A stretch of 63,941 nt of DNA, filler included, from Craspedostauros australis (taxonomy: Eukaryota), in the NCBI GenBank assembly GCA_030167865.1. It is 17 parts of 17 records of this genome, joined end to end, with 100 filler letters (N's around TTAATTAATTAA, not from the genome) between each part and the next. Parts side by side here need not be neighbours in the genome. Positions count along the whole stretch, not along the records: positions 51,791 to 54,691 come from JALAGF010002637.1; positions 54,792 to 57,471 come from JALAGF010002640.1; positions 57,572 to 59,817 come from JALAGF010002643.1; positions 59,918 to 61,306 come from JALAGF010002644.1; positions 61,407 to 62,733 come from JALAGF010002645.1; positions 62,834 to 63,941 come from JALAGF010002654.1; 11 more parts are not named here. One strand, 5' to 3'. Below are positions 51,791-63,941 of the stretch, in pieces. Under the pieces are notes generated by a model. That model made no database searches. It was not told the origin of the DNA and was given only the letters and a program-made list of their open reading frames with translations. Numbering within the stretch: the stretch's first letter is position 1; each line of letters begins with the position of its first letter. Both the position numbers and the translations under genes were made by a program.

Positions 51791-54691
51791 GGGACAGTTC
51801 ATGTAGATCTCCTCGTCAAGGTCTCCATGTAGGAATGCTGTTACGACATCGACGAGTGCGCAGTCCATCTTCTTAATCAGCATGATCACCATCATGACCC
51901 GATAGGTCACGTCATGAATGACGGGTGAGTAATGCTCTTGGAAGTCTACTCCTGCGACTTGTGAATAGCCACATGCAACGAGCTGTGCTCGATGTGTGCC
52001 GTCACGCTTCAGCTTGAAGACCCATTTGCATTTGCAGCATCTGCGACCGCGTGGGATGGCGTCTTGTTTGATCTTGCTGTACACCTTGCGTGTATCCATG
52101 GAGTCGAACTCCTTCTTGATGGCTGCTCGATATCCCTTTCGATGGATGGGATCTGGGTGATGGAAGGCTCCGTCGAACGTTGTAGGTTCGATGTGCTTCC
52201 CTGGCTCCTTGTTCTCGTCCTGCATCGATAATCCGATATCGATCGCTGATGTCTCGGTACTGATTGCGTTCATTCCGTATATTCCTGTTGTACTATGGTG
52301 AGTGATCTCGATTTCTCCTTCATCCATAACTTCTTCATCATCTGTGGTTTCGTTGTTGGAATCATCGATCATCTTGTCGCTGAGTTCGTCACTCGCCTCG
52401 GCGGATGATGGATCGCTCTCATAGCCTTCTTCCTTTCGACCTCGTTCGTTGAAGTCTGCGAGCTCGCGCAGAGCTCTGGGAATACTCTTCCCTGCAGTTG
52501 GCTTGGGATTAGCTTCTCCCTTCCTGCCTCGTGATTCGTGACGTCGGATCCTCTCCTTTCTAGCTATGTCACGCTTGCTTGGTTTGCTCGGTGGAGGTCT
52601 GGATGGTGTGTCATGTGTAGACCTCGCTGGTGTGTTCGGAGGAGTGACGCTTGTGTCATCGACGGCTTCGTCGCCGGATGGTAGGATCTCGTCATCCTCA
52701 TGATTGGATTCGCTCCGATCTTCCTCGTTATTGTGGACTAGTTGAGTCACTGCTCCGTCGTCCTCATTATCCTCATCATCGCTGTCTGATAGGATGTAGT
52801 ACCTGTTGCTGTTAGCGAAAGATACTCTCTTCGCTTCCGATGTTTGACACGTTGCCGTCCTTGGCGTTGCTCCCTTCCGTCCAATGGTTGTGAAGCCGTC
52901 TGCATCCGTTGTTCCTGTTTCGTTGGATATGTTCGGTGCTGGTGCCCAGTCACGGAACTGTCCGTATGATTGGTTGAGCCACTTGATATCACGTGAACAG
53001 ATGAGTGACTTGGTTGATGGTCTGTACATGTTGTAGACCCCTGATGCGTGTTAGTGTGCATATCCAATGAACACCATCTCTTCTCCTCTGTTCTTGAGTT
53101 TGGCGGTGATCCCGCCGTAGGTAGTCTTCACAACACCCACCTCTCCGAAAGTGCGGAGTGCATCCGCATATGGTGGATCGTTGCCGAAGAATTGGCGATG
53201 TGGCAATTCCTTCTGATTCTTCGCTACAGTGATGTTGGCGATGGCCGTGGCAGTGCTAGCAGCTGCTGCCCACAGGCCATGCCTATACTCTTCGTCGAGT
53301 TGTGCTCCGTTGAGCATGGAGCGGATCTTGGTGTAGAGGTACGCGAACTTGCGTTCNNNNNNNNNNNNNNNNNNNNNNNNNNNNNNNNNNNNNNNNNNNN
53401 NNNNNNNNNNNNNNNNNNNNNNNNNNNNNNNATCCTCCGTGGATTTGTTCTCTCCGCTGTTGTCACCTCGGAAGATGATCTGTTGGTCACCAGTCTGTGA
53501 CTTGATCGTCTGGACGAACCGTTTGATGTATCCTGGTTGATCACTCTTGTTCTTGAGAAAGAAACTCCAGCAGTAATCCGTGCAGTCGTCCACGATCAGG
53601 GTCCAATAGCGTTTATCTCCGAAGCTTATGTGTTTAGTGTAACTAATGTCAATGAAGAGCCGTTCGCCACGGCGAGTTGCTCTCGGAATGGTTGNNNNNN
53701 NNNNNNNNNNNNNNNNNNNNNNNNNNNNNNNNNNNNNNNNNNNNNNNNNNNNNNNNNNNNNNNNNTTCCATCCGTATTGAGCGGCCGTCCGCTTCATGGT
53801 CTCGAGTGGCGCGTGGCCGAGCATTCGGTGCAAGTTCACCGCGCTGATCTCCTTGGATGAATTCTTGATGATGGCTGTGGAAGCCTTGTCGTCGTCCGAT
53901 GGCATGATGGGATGCATCTGCACTCCCGTGATGAACCCGTAGGATGTGGGGAAGACTTGATCGAACACGATCTTCGTTCCGGATCCGTTGATGATGTCCA
54001 TCAGAATGCCGTTGTTACCAAGCTGGTAACCGTTGTACAGAGCCTTGTTCGTGGAGAAAAGGTTCACCGCCATNTTNGGTGTGTACTTCACATCATCGAG
54101 NCGGATGATGTGGCCAGTGTTGTCTCGTTGCTTGACCTTCAAGCAAATGGATCCCATCTTGGGAGAGTCCAGCTTCGTGCTGTCTCCCACTTGGACGAAG
54201 GACTTGATATGCCGTACGTTGAAGCGAGCGGCGTCTGAGTTGACAATGTGACACGAAGCTCCGCTGTCGGCGAGCCAGGTGTCCTTGTTGACTTTGTCCT
54301 TGTGCTTAGTGCTCAGCTCGTGGAGCTGCTCTACGGCTGCTGTAGCCATCTCGTCCATGAGGCCGTCTGCCTCTTCGTCTTCATGCACTCCATCTTCGTT
54401 GTATGGATTATGATCCTCGTCAGCTTCGTCGTCGCTTGGTAGTTCAGCGAAGTTCGCTGGGACGGTGCTGTTACGATGAAATCCGGTGACCGTGTCATAC
54501 GGTGTGACGCGTGGTCGCTCGCGCAGGAGCACCTGCATGCATCCTCCGAGCACGTAGTGTAAGTCCAGTTCAGAGAGTTCCTCCTCTTCGTTTGCTTGCA
54601 GTAGTCAGTTGAGGATGGCTGCGTTTGCGAGGATCTCTTCAATTGATTTGAAGTTATCGGATAGGATGGTGCTTACCATGTTCACCCAAAT
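51791..54691 (-). mobile_element. Decayed Copia pol (protease, integrase, RT start)
   Basis: WLADSGASCH, LHRMLGH, RLFIDIS..IVDDCTD..RGDNSGEN, CKWVFKLK..LVACGYSQ, DVVTAFLHG. Stops at 54605-54607 and 53051-53053. Confidence 0.92.
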
Positions 54692-54791
54692 NNNNNNNNN
54701 NNNNNNNNNNNNNNNNNNNNNNNNNNNNNNNNNNNTTAATTAATTAANNNNNNNNNNNNNNNNNNNNNNNNNNNNNNNNNNNNNNNNNNNN

Positions 54792-55349
54792 CGCCATGTT
54801 GGTCACGAATCCCAAGCCAACCACGTTGACATTGCCAGGAGTGGCGACGGCGGCGACCAACGGACTTGTCTTGTTCGTTCTGCGGCGGTTTCTCCTTCGT
54901 CGTCGTCGTCGTCGTCCGGTGGACTGCTCCGCACCGTCCTCGTTTTCTTCCCTGATGATGGTGTCCCAATCACGAGCCTCCAGATCAGTCTTCAGCTTTT
55001 CGTTTCGGCCGCACACGATGCAGATTGTGGCATCGACACTGCGGTTGACCAAGTCGATGTACATTTGGTCGACGATCTCCGACAATCCTCCAACACCTTC
55101 TCCGCCACCCATGATGAGGACCATCTTTTTGGATGGGTCATAGGCCTCATCGCCCTCATCGCCAAGGACCTGCTGGCAGACCTGCACGCAGACCTGCACA
55201 TGGATCTGATGCTGATACTGCTTGCCGGTTTCGGAAGTGCGGCTGCCGAGCTTGTCGGCCTGGACGGCAAAGTCATGACAGATGGGCAGCCATGACGGAT
55301 GGGTAGTCCTGTGAGGACGATGATCTCGTTGGGCGTCTTGCTTTGTTTC
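54792..55349 (-). pseudogene. MGD: Monogalactosyldiacylglycerol synthase exon fragment with a frameshift
   Basis: IVLTGLPIRH/LPICHDFAVQA, VLIMGGGEGVG, IVCGRNEKLK, GLGFVTNMA. A 17-nt tandem duplication at 55274-55307 shifts the frame, and I see no upstream MGD exon in the contig. Confidence 0.75.
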
Positions 55350-55999
55350 CTGGCGGTGACACAGACACAGAGACGCGGAGACGTTGGAATGCAACGTAGA
55401 GTTTATCAACGTGGTTCGAGAACCACATCCTGTGAGCGGATCCGAGATCCGTAACGACGGTGAAGGATGGGATGTGCTTGCCTTGGTTCTTGGAGATGTG
55501 GATAGTCTTCTTGAGGGTGTGTGAAGTTCATGGCTGGATGAACGGAGATGACGACGTCTGGCTGGAGAGATTGGAGAGATTGGAGGCGGCGTCAGATTCT
55601 GCCTCCGCACATTTTCTGCGAGTGGAATTCTGAGGAGACGCGGTTGAGGCGGATGTTGGAGAGGTGGTTGAAGTTCCTCCACTGCCACGGTTTGAACGAC
55701 ACTCTCTTGTGGCTGTTCTTGATGGTGCGGTATGGCAGAACGCCATGATCAGTCCAAACGTCGACCAAATCTTAGAGGGGTTCGCATCCGCTCCCGTGTT
55801 TTGGTCCACACTGGTGCATCACAACGAATTCGGAGCGCGAGAGGAGGAGGAGGGGTCCATGGCTCAGGACGCACAGACCCACCACGGAGGCCATCTCATT
55901 GGGGATATCAGACTGTGAGGAGTCATAGTATTGTATTATATTATATAATATAATAGTATTATACAATATCAGATTGACGACATGAGCAGCCACAGCCAC

Positions 56000-57471
56000 A
56001 GCCAACCGAAGCGACGATGAACTTGCGCTGCCGCACGATGGCAGCCCCAGCACCCACAGCCAGAACCACCATTCCTTTCCGAAGCAGCCGCAGCCGCCGA
56101 CGACGCCGTCCTCCGTTTCCAGCGATGCCAAGATCGACATCCTGGCGCAGATGGTGCAGACGCAGGCCTCTCTGGTTGCCAATCTGCAGAAGCAGCAGTA
56201 TCAGATACAGCATCAGCAGACGCAGACGCAACAGCAACAGACGCATCAGCAGCAGACTCAACATCAGCAACAGCATCAAGTGCAACAGGCGCATGCGGCA
56301 ACCGTGGCTCTTCATCATCAGCAGCAGCAGCAACAGCAACATCAGCATCAGCAAGTGCAGCAGCTGAATCAAACAGGCTTCCACTCAGACTATTGGAGCG
56401 AAACCAGTCACGAGGGCTCAGAGGAGTCACGAGCAGCAGCAGACAACAAAAAGGCACAGAAGGTGCACCGCAGAAGAAAGAAACAGATCACAATCCGCAA
56501 ATCAACACTTTTAGACACGATCTTATACCCAACTACCGTCTCCGTTTCAATACAGACAGCAATCTCAACAGCAGCAGCAGCAGCACCCTCAACAACAGCA
56601 GCACCCTCCATCTCAACAACAACAGCGCATCCAATCATGATACGTTGCTGTTGCTGTCGCAGCAGAACCAGGCCCTCATGGAGCAGTTGCACGTCTTGCA
56701 GATGATGAAGAGTTCCAACACGAGCGCCACGGCTCTGGTGCAGCCACCCCTTCCGGATCCAACCATCTCGCATGCGCATCTGCTTCCCCAAGCGCCGCTG
56801 CCACCGTCGGCGTTGCCGCATCGCGAGCATTCTTCCAGGTCGCTCGTGTCCTCCCATCTCATACTGCAGCCCTCGCATTCGTCTTCCTCATCCATATTGC
56901 TGCAATCGCAGCCACAGCTGCAGCATGCACAATTGCAGCAGCAACAGCATCAGTTTCAGCAGCATCCCCATCATCAGCTTCCGCATCAGCAACATCAGCA
57001 ACTGCAACATCAGCAACAACTGCACATCAATCAGCCAGTCGACGTGCATCATCTGTATGCGCAACAGCATTCCAATAAGCAGCAGCAACAGCAACAGCAT
57101 ACGCATGACAATGCCAACGACCCGCCCGGCAAGTTCTCAAAGCTGCGCCAGCAGAGTCTTCAGCGCGCCGATCAACAGAGCTCGTCATCGTCCTCCTCTT
57201 CGTCGTCGTCGTCGTCATCATCATCGTCTTCTTCTTCTTCGGACAGCAGCAGCGCAGCCTCGGTGCCCATGACGATCCATTGCGTCTTGCATGAGAATGC
57301 CAGCTGGGATCAGGAATCGCTCGATGACTCCGAAACGGACAGCAGCGGCAGCGAGGAATCCAGTTCGAGCAGCAGCAGCAGTAGTAGTAGCAGTGAGGAA
57401 TCGGATGAAGACGATGGCGATGAAGACTTCCGCGACGAACTGCGAGACGAGAAAGACCGTCCGGCCTTGCG
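56000..57471 (+). CDS. Low-complexity Q/H/S-rich coding fragment, exon structure unresolved
   Basis: Overlapping ORFs 56151-56705 and 56393-57471 with poly-Q, poly-S and acidic tracts; no domain recognised. Confidence 0.4.
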
Positions 57472-57914
57472 NNNNNNNNNNNNNNNNNNNNNNNNNNNNN
57501 NNNNNNNNNNNNNNNTTAATTAATTAANNNNNNNNNNNNNNNNNNNNNNNNNNNNNNNNNNNNNNNNNNNNTGTTGGATGCTCTGATCGGAACGCCTGAA
57601 AAAGAGACTAAACAATTCAAAATGGGAACAACCTTGCTGAAACAAAGAACAGCAAAGGGTTAAGTTGGATCGATGTAGTCGTAGCCAAACAGCTGAAACC
57701 CGAAAGAGATCGAAAAATGCGCACATCCATCGGTCCATAAAACTTAAAATACGGCCAACCTCAGATCTGGAATGGATTGGTATATGTTTTAGATCTACGA
57801 GGATTGGGAATATGTACTTAGTTTTGAAATCGCAGGAATAAAGTTGCGAGGTCTATTTCAAAGTCTTGATCGACTCACTCGGGGGGCTCTTAAATCTCCA
57901 CGATAAAATTCATT

Positions 57915-57987
57915 TTGCGTCCTGACGCAAACTTATTTCGGGGTTGCGTCAGGACGCAAGAAAAGCCGTTTTTGCGTCCTGACGCAA
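57915..57987. repeat. Three copies of the 16-bp near-palindrome TTGCGTC-(CT/AG)-GACGCAA
   Basis: Copies start at 57915, 57944 and 57972; the middle copy is inverted. Confidence 0.85.
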
Positions 57988-58612
57988 GGGTTTTCTCCTT
58001 GTGGATATCGGCTTCTAAGCCAATCAGATCACTCCATTATGAACACAAGAGATGGGACACACTATCCCCACAACCATGTTAAAGCCTTGAGTCCAATCAA
58101 GTGAGTCCTCATGAGAGCAAAACAAATTTTCTCACTTGACACCAGGACCCACTGACATGCACAAAACGTGCAACAAGGACACAGTGGATAACGAAGCAAG
58201 ACAGGGCGCAAAATCAGACACTTGCAAAGCTCCCACAACGATCTGATCTCGCATCCTGTCCATCGCCATCTGCTCTGACACAAGCAACCCTTCATCTGCA
58301 AGTGAATTGCTTCCTTCTGTCATCTGTTGCTGCAACCAATCAGATTGTAGATCTCAACAAGACCGGATTAGCTCTTCCTTGTTTTGGATCAGAAGATTTG
58401 GGTCAGATCTCCAAAGAAAGGATATGCATCAACTGCTCTACAGGAGTAGGTGCTGTCCTGTCTGGTTCTACCAAAGGATGGCTTATCCCATGGCTTTGCA
58501 TGTTTGACTTTTCCATGACTCCTCAAGTTGGACAACCTTTCATCATAATCCACTTCGATTGAAATTCACAACCTATTGCAATTACTCTTCAGTTCACATT
58601 GATCAACTAATT

Positions 58613-59817
58613 TAATAATAATAATAATAACGCACAGATTATCCCCTCATACAAGGGTCGCCTCGAAAGCTTTAACGTCGCCGGCGTACAGCGAGCCCAT
58701 ACGGGCCGACTGCGCTCGAACGACCTACCTAGATCTCTCACTCCTTGGTCTACCGCGGGTTGCCAATTCCACGGGCCATCAAACATACCGCACTGGGCAC
58801 GCAACCGTTGTTGTCGTGCACTTCACATTCTTTTTCTGTCATGTTGGAAGACGCCACTGCCATACCTGCCTACCTACTATACGCTGTCGCGCCGCATACG
58901 TCTTCCGTTTTCGCCGCCTCCTAAGCGGACCTCTTGTTCGTCGCTGCAACCCTGCCTGTCGAGCTGCCCTGACATGCCGGACCCACCGCATCTGGTTCTG
59001 CGCAGACTGTGCCCGAACCGCCGCCTCTGTCGTATGAGTCAGCAGCCTGGCGTCGTCGCCACTAATGTCCTGTGTGCCTTTGCGCCACTCGCCCTGTACC
59101 GCCTGCTCCGCTTCCCGGGAGATTTGGGCAGCCTCGGCCGCGACTTCGCTGTCATGCAGCACTTTGTTGCGTGCCATCCATGCTTTCCACCTGACGTCCC
59201 AGAGCCCTGCCATAGCTTTCGCAATCCAGTTCGCCGGCCGTCCGGGGCTATCGTTGACCAGCATAGTGGACTCCTGAATCTTCTGCCACTGTGCTGACCA
59301 TCGTCCTCGCACTAGCATGCCCCAACCCATCTCCGCTTGTTCCTCGACTGCCTTCCTCAGCTGTGGGCCGCCGTCGACAGAAACTGTCCTACCCTCGCTC
59401 CATGCACGCACCTGTCGCACAAGCTCTCTCACCATCGTTCCATCGCCTCTCGCCGCCATCATCTGAGTTTCCCACTGCTTCAAGGCCTTGAGCCGCACCG
59501 CTACTGCCAGTGGGTGTGCGCATTGCAACACATGTTCCGTTGTCTCCTCTTGATCTTTGCATATGGGGCACTTGTCATGGCTCCAAAACTTCCACTTGCG
59601 CATGTTACGCCCGACCGGCCCAAAGCTGCACGCGTGTTTCGCCACCCATTTCCGTCTCGACGGCTTCAGGGTTGCCATTGCCAGCCGAGCTGCATGAACG
59701 TCGACCTTTCCTGCTTCCGCCTTTTGGAGCCTGCCTACTTTGCATTGCCAGTGGACCGTCCGTCGCCCTTGAATGTATCTGCGCAACATCGGCGCCGCAT
59801 CAGTGCACACCTTTCTC
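58613..59817 (-). mobile_element. 3' end of a non-LTR retrotransposon (LINE) with a (TTA)n tail
   Basis: ORF 59810-58839 carries CPICKDQEETTEHVLQC, Q..MGW..+.GRWS..W and LWDVRWKAW.ARN..LH, typical of LINE ORF2 C-termini. A ~200-nt 3' UTR follows, then (TAA)6 on the + strand at 58613-58630. Confidence 0.85.
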
Positions 59818-60699
59818 NNNNNNNNNNNNNNNNNNNNNNNNNNNNNNNNNNNNNNNNNNNNTTAATTAATTAANNNNNNNNNNNNNNNNNNNNNNNNNNN
59901 NNNNNNNNNNNNNNNNNGTCCCGCCAAATGAGAACTCCACGCGGAAGTAAAGTGAATTGACAATTTGTTACCCAATCATAGTCGCACACTTCTGGTCTAT
60001 TCGCATCTTCATTGTTCTCGAGTTTGCCTTGTTTCTTTTTTAGATTAGCGTCAATGTGAACGGTTCGACCCAATTTTCGTGGTCGAAGGGATCGTGTTTC
60101 TCCGCACGTCCTTCGTTGCGTCTGTTGGTGCAGCCGCCACAAAAGCGCGGGCAGATGGCGCGAAAACAAACAAAACAACAACAAGCCGGTTGCAACGTCT
60201 TCTCTGCCCATGTTCAGCCTGAACATCCAATCGCATCCTTCGTGCACACATACGATGGTATCTGCGGCGCGAACTGCTCGTGTGCAATTCTAATTCATCG
60301 TCGTCATCCTCATCGTCCTCGCCGCCATGCCTGCGAACGTCCGGTTCATGCTTTCCAAGATGCACTGAGGAGGGCACGCGCATTCCTCCAACCAGTCTGT
60401 GGTACTCCCCATCGTCACTAGCAGCATCATCCGCGCGCGACACACCGACTTATTCTCTTGATGGCCATGGTCACGGCCACCACCACTGCCACCACTGCCA
60501 TCAACATCATCACAACATTGGCTGCTTGTGCAATCGATGGCTGGCGAAATGCAAAAATTATGCGCGGAGTTGACGCTGGAGTCCTCTGTCCTTTGCTATC
60601 CATGCAATCATCATCATCCCCGTTGCAACACAAAATGACAGCCTGCGCCGATCAAGTGCGGATTGAAACACGCGCGCCCATCTTCGCATACCATCATCA

Positions 60700-61306
60700 T
60701 AATTTGCGACGCTATCATCAGCGACGCCATCATCAGCAACGCCATCATTTGCGACGCCATCATTTGCCACTCCATCATCAGCGACGCCACCATCAGCAAC
60801 GTTGTTATCATCAGCAACGCCATCATCAGCAACGCCATCATCAGCAACACCATCATCAGCAACGCCATCATCAGTGACACCATCATCAGCGACGCCATCA
60901 TCAGCAACGCCATCATTTGCAATGCCATCATCAACAATGCCATCATCAGCAACTCCATCATTTGCGACGCCATCATTTGCCACTCCATCATCAGCGACGC
61001 CACCATCAGCAACGCCATCATCAGCGACTCCATCATTTGCGACGTCGTTATCATCAGCAACGCCATCATCAGTGATGCCATCATCAGCAACGCCATCATC
61101 AGCGACGCCATCATCAGCAACGCCATCATCGGCGATGCCATCATCAGCAACGCCATCATCAGCGACGATATCATCAGCGACTCCATCATTTGCAACGCCA
61201 TCATTTGCGACGCCATCATCAGCAACGCCATCATCAGCGACTCCATCATTTGCGACGCCATCATCAGCAACGCCATAATTTGCGACGCCATCATCAGCAA
61301 CGCCAT
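60700..61306. repeat. 15-bp minisatellite, consensus GC(A/G)ACGCCATCATCA, about 40 copies, running into the gap
   Basis: Direct tandem repeat that generates (D/N)AII(S/C), ATPSS, HHQQR, DDGVA and MMALL reading frames. Confidence 0.92.
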
Positions 61307-62589
61307 NNNNNNNNNNNNNNNNNNNNNNNNNNNNNNNNNNNNNNNNNNNNTTAATTAATTAANNNNNNNNNNNNNNNNNNNNNNNNNNNNNNNNNNNNNN
61401 NNNNNNGTTGGTCTCACTGTTGATGGCAGCGTTCATCATGTCAAGGTCAGGGTTGCAGAGCTGGTAGATGGACATCATCGTTGTGTGTTGTTGCGTTGTT
61501 GCGTTGTGGTTGCTGTGGTTGTTGTGGTTGCTGTGTTTGGAAGGTGATTGATTGATTGGTTGGTCGGTGGATGAATTTATGAGACTGGGAGAGGATGATG
61601 TCGTTTGCCGGATTTCTTGTTGTTGCTGTTGTTGTTGTGTGATTTGTTGTCGGTCGCGGTTCCCGTTTTGAAAGACGTGTGTGCGTTGTTGTGGTGGAAA
61701 TGGGTTCGGAGAGGCACAGGAACAGTTCCAGGGCATTCGCAAGACGTTGCTGTTTACAGAAAGTGACCTCTGCGACATGGCAGTAATATCACAGCTCCGG
61801 AAAGCAGTCCGACGGCAACACGATATTTAACGTTGGATCATCTGGGACGTGCACATGATGTGCTGTGTTTGTCTTGTTGTGACCAACATGCTATATGTCT
61901 GTTCGCGTGTTTGTGTGTGTCTGGGATGATCGCTTCGCCGTTGTGTCTTTCCTTGTGACCTGTGAGCTGGTTAGTTGTTGTTGTGATTTATCACACTCTT
62001 GGTGAAGCAGGTGGAGTGGGCGGAGTATCATCCAATACCGTATTCGAATTCTCGTTGTTGGAATTTTGCTGTTGTTGTTGTGCGTTGTGCGCAGGGTCGA
62101 TGGCGGAAGGCAAAGGCAGAATACTACCACTCACAGAGCATCGGCGCCTGCGTGGACACCATCCAAGCTACTACGAGCACGAATACAAGTAGTCTACGTT
62201 TGTCATGGTCGTGATGAAAGAATGTCTGGAGGGGAAGGGATGGGGACTGTGAGCTGTCGTCATCCGTACGAGTAGATGGGAGACAAGCACAAACAGGCTG
62301 CGGCCTCATGCAGAGGGCAACAGATCGCTGTTCTTTCGGAAATGATCTCGACGAAGATCGCCGACCGAGCCGAACGAAGTGAATACATACGCTACTCGTG
62401 TATTGAAGAATGAATGTGCAGGTTTTTCACGTGACCGGAGGTGTTGGGGGGTGAAACCTGTCTGTTCTGAAAAATTATGACTGTGCGGAGCGGTCATTTG
62501 CTCAACAAGGATCCTACTCGTTGTTTGTGCGGTATCGTCTGTCCATCGACACTCTTCGTTCGGATTCGGCCAGATTCGTGAATTGGCAC

Positions 62590-62733
62590 TTAATCTGCAC
62601 ACTCCCTCTTGTCGGTGGCACGGGCGGACCGCGCTTACCATCCCAATAGTCGCAATCGCAGAGATTCAAATAGTGGGTGTGCCAAGGGCTTGGTGAATAT
62701 GTCAGCCATCTGGTCCAACGTGTCGACCTTTTT
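62590..62733 (-). mobile_element. Copia RNase H C-terminus, PPT and start of the 3' LTR
   Basis: Minus frame KKVDTLDQMADIFTKPLAHPLFESLRLRLLGW* (stop 62635-62637), then AAGAGGGAG|TGTGCAG at about 62601. The distal LTR end was not determined. Confidence 0.8.
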
Positions 62734-62833
62734 NNNNNNNNNNNNNNNNNNNNNNNNNNNNNNNNNNNNNNNNNNNNTTAATTAATTAANNNNNNNNNNN
62801 NNNNNNNNNNNNNNNNNNNNNNNNNNNNNNNNN

Positions 62834-63941
62834 GAAGCAGGAGTGAGCCTATTCCCAGGAATCGAACGAGGAGTACTCAGACCGATATGGGTCAACATGA
62901 TGGGATCCATCCTATCCAAGAACTTCAGATCGATTGAAGAGATTCTCGCCAATTCGGTTGTGATCAATCGCATACTAGAAGCAGCCGAGACAGAGACGAT
63001 CCCAGAGACGGATCTTCATTACATCCTTGGAGGATGTATGCGCGTACTCTTACGCGAACGACCACGGGTCCATCCATACGATCCAGCCACAGGATCTCAT
63101 CGGAACAGTACGATTCCATCAGACTACGCGCAATTACCCAATGACATGGATGACGGAGATCATCATCCTCCATACAACGAAGATGGAGTCCACGAAGACG
63201 ATGATGACGGCAGCTTCAACGACGAGATAGCTGCGGCAGCTATGGAGCAACTCCACGAGCTGAGCACCAAGTACAAGGACAAGGTCAACAAGGACACCTG
63301 GCTCGCCGACAGCGGAGCTTCGTGTCACATCGTCAACTCGGACGCCGCTCTCTTCAACGTGTGGCATATCAAGTCCTTCGTCCAAGTGGGAGACAGCACG
63401 AAGCTGGACTCTCCCAAGATGGGATCCATTCGCTTGAAAGTCAAGCAGCGAGATAACACTGGTCACGTCATCCGACTCGATGATGTGAAGTACACACCCA
63501 AGATGGCGGTGAACCCTTTTCTCCACGAACAAGGCTCTGTACAACGGTTACCAGCTTGGTAACAACGGCATTCTGATGGACATCATCAACGGATCCGGAA
63601 CGAAGATCGTGTTCGATCGAGTCTTCCCCACATCCAACGGATTTATCACGGGAGTGCAGATGCATCCCATCATGCCAACAGACGACGACAAGGCTTGCAC
63701 AGCCATCGTCAAGAATCCATCCAAGGAGATCAGCGCAGTGAACCTGCACCGAATGCTCGGGCACGCGCCACTCGAAACCATGAAGCGGACGGCCGCTCAG
63801 TATGGATGGAAGATTATCGGCGAGATGCCGGTATGTCGTGACTGCGCGGTTGCGAATGCAAGAGTGAAGAATATTCCGAAGGCAACCATTCCGAGAGCAA
63901 CTCGCCGTGGCGAACGGCTCTTCATTGACATTAGTTACACT
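62834..63941 (+). mobile_element. Copia protease/integrase fragment, same family as 51791-54691, frameshifted
   Basis: WLADSGASCH, LHRMLGH..CRDCAVA, RLFIDIS. An extra C at about 63515 relative to the other copy shifts the frame. Confidence 0.9.

Noticed and set aside
45311..54691. One continuous Copia element or a transposon cluster
   Set aside because: The pieces sit on separate contigs and the protease region occurs twice, so linkage cannot be inferred.
59918..60450. Protein-coding gene on the minus strand
   Set aside because: Short overlapping ORFs in different frames with no identifiable domain; may be a decayed fragment but cannot be supported.

Overview
This is eukaryotic DNA, most likely a pennate diatom. 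It is 17 unrelated contigs joined by artificial spacers (N44-TTAATTAATTAA-N44), so adjacency across spacers means nothing. Host genes: a lumen-targeted cyclophilin, a heat-shock factor, two Pro/Thr/Ser-rich extracellular protein fragments, a mitochondrial TPI-GAPDH fusion head-to-head with a cytosolic GAPDH, a SNF5-like/zinc-finger/PHD/bromodomain protein, SMC3, a DBP8/DDX49-like helicase and a frameshifted MGDG synthase fragment. Mobile DNA is abundant: one intact Ty1/Copia element, several decayed Copia pieces, a solo-LTR family, a LINE 3' end, a Harbinger-like transposase start and two Sola3-like transposase copies. The strongest signals are three. (1) The intact Copia has no tRNA primer-binding site; its PBS is a perfect 17-nt complement of its own LTR, which points to self-primed reverse transcription. 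(2) The two divergent GAPDH genes share a perfect inverted repeat of at least 540 bp, consistent with gene conversion and possibly an invertible cassette. (3) Two unrelated arrays of palindromes share a ~29-bp period. All family assignments come from motif recognition by eye; no searches were run.
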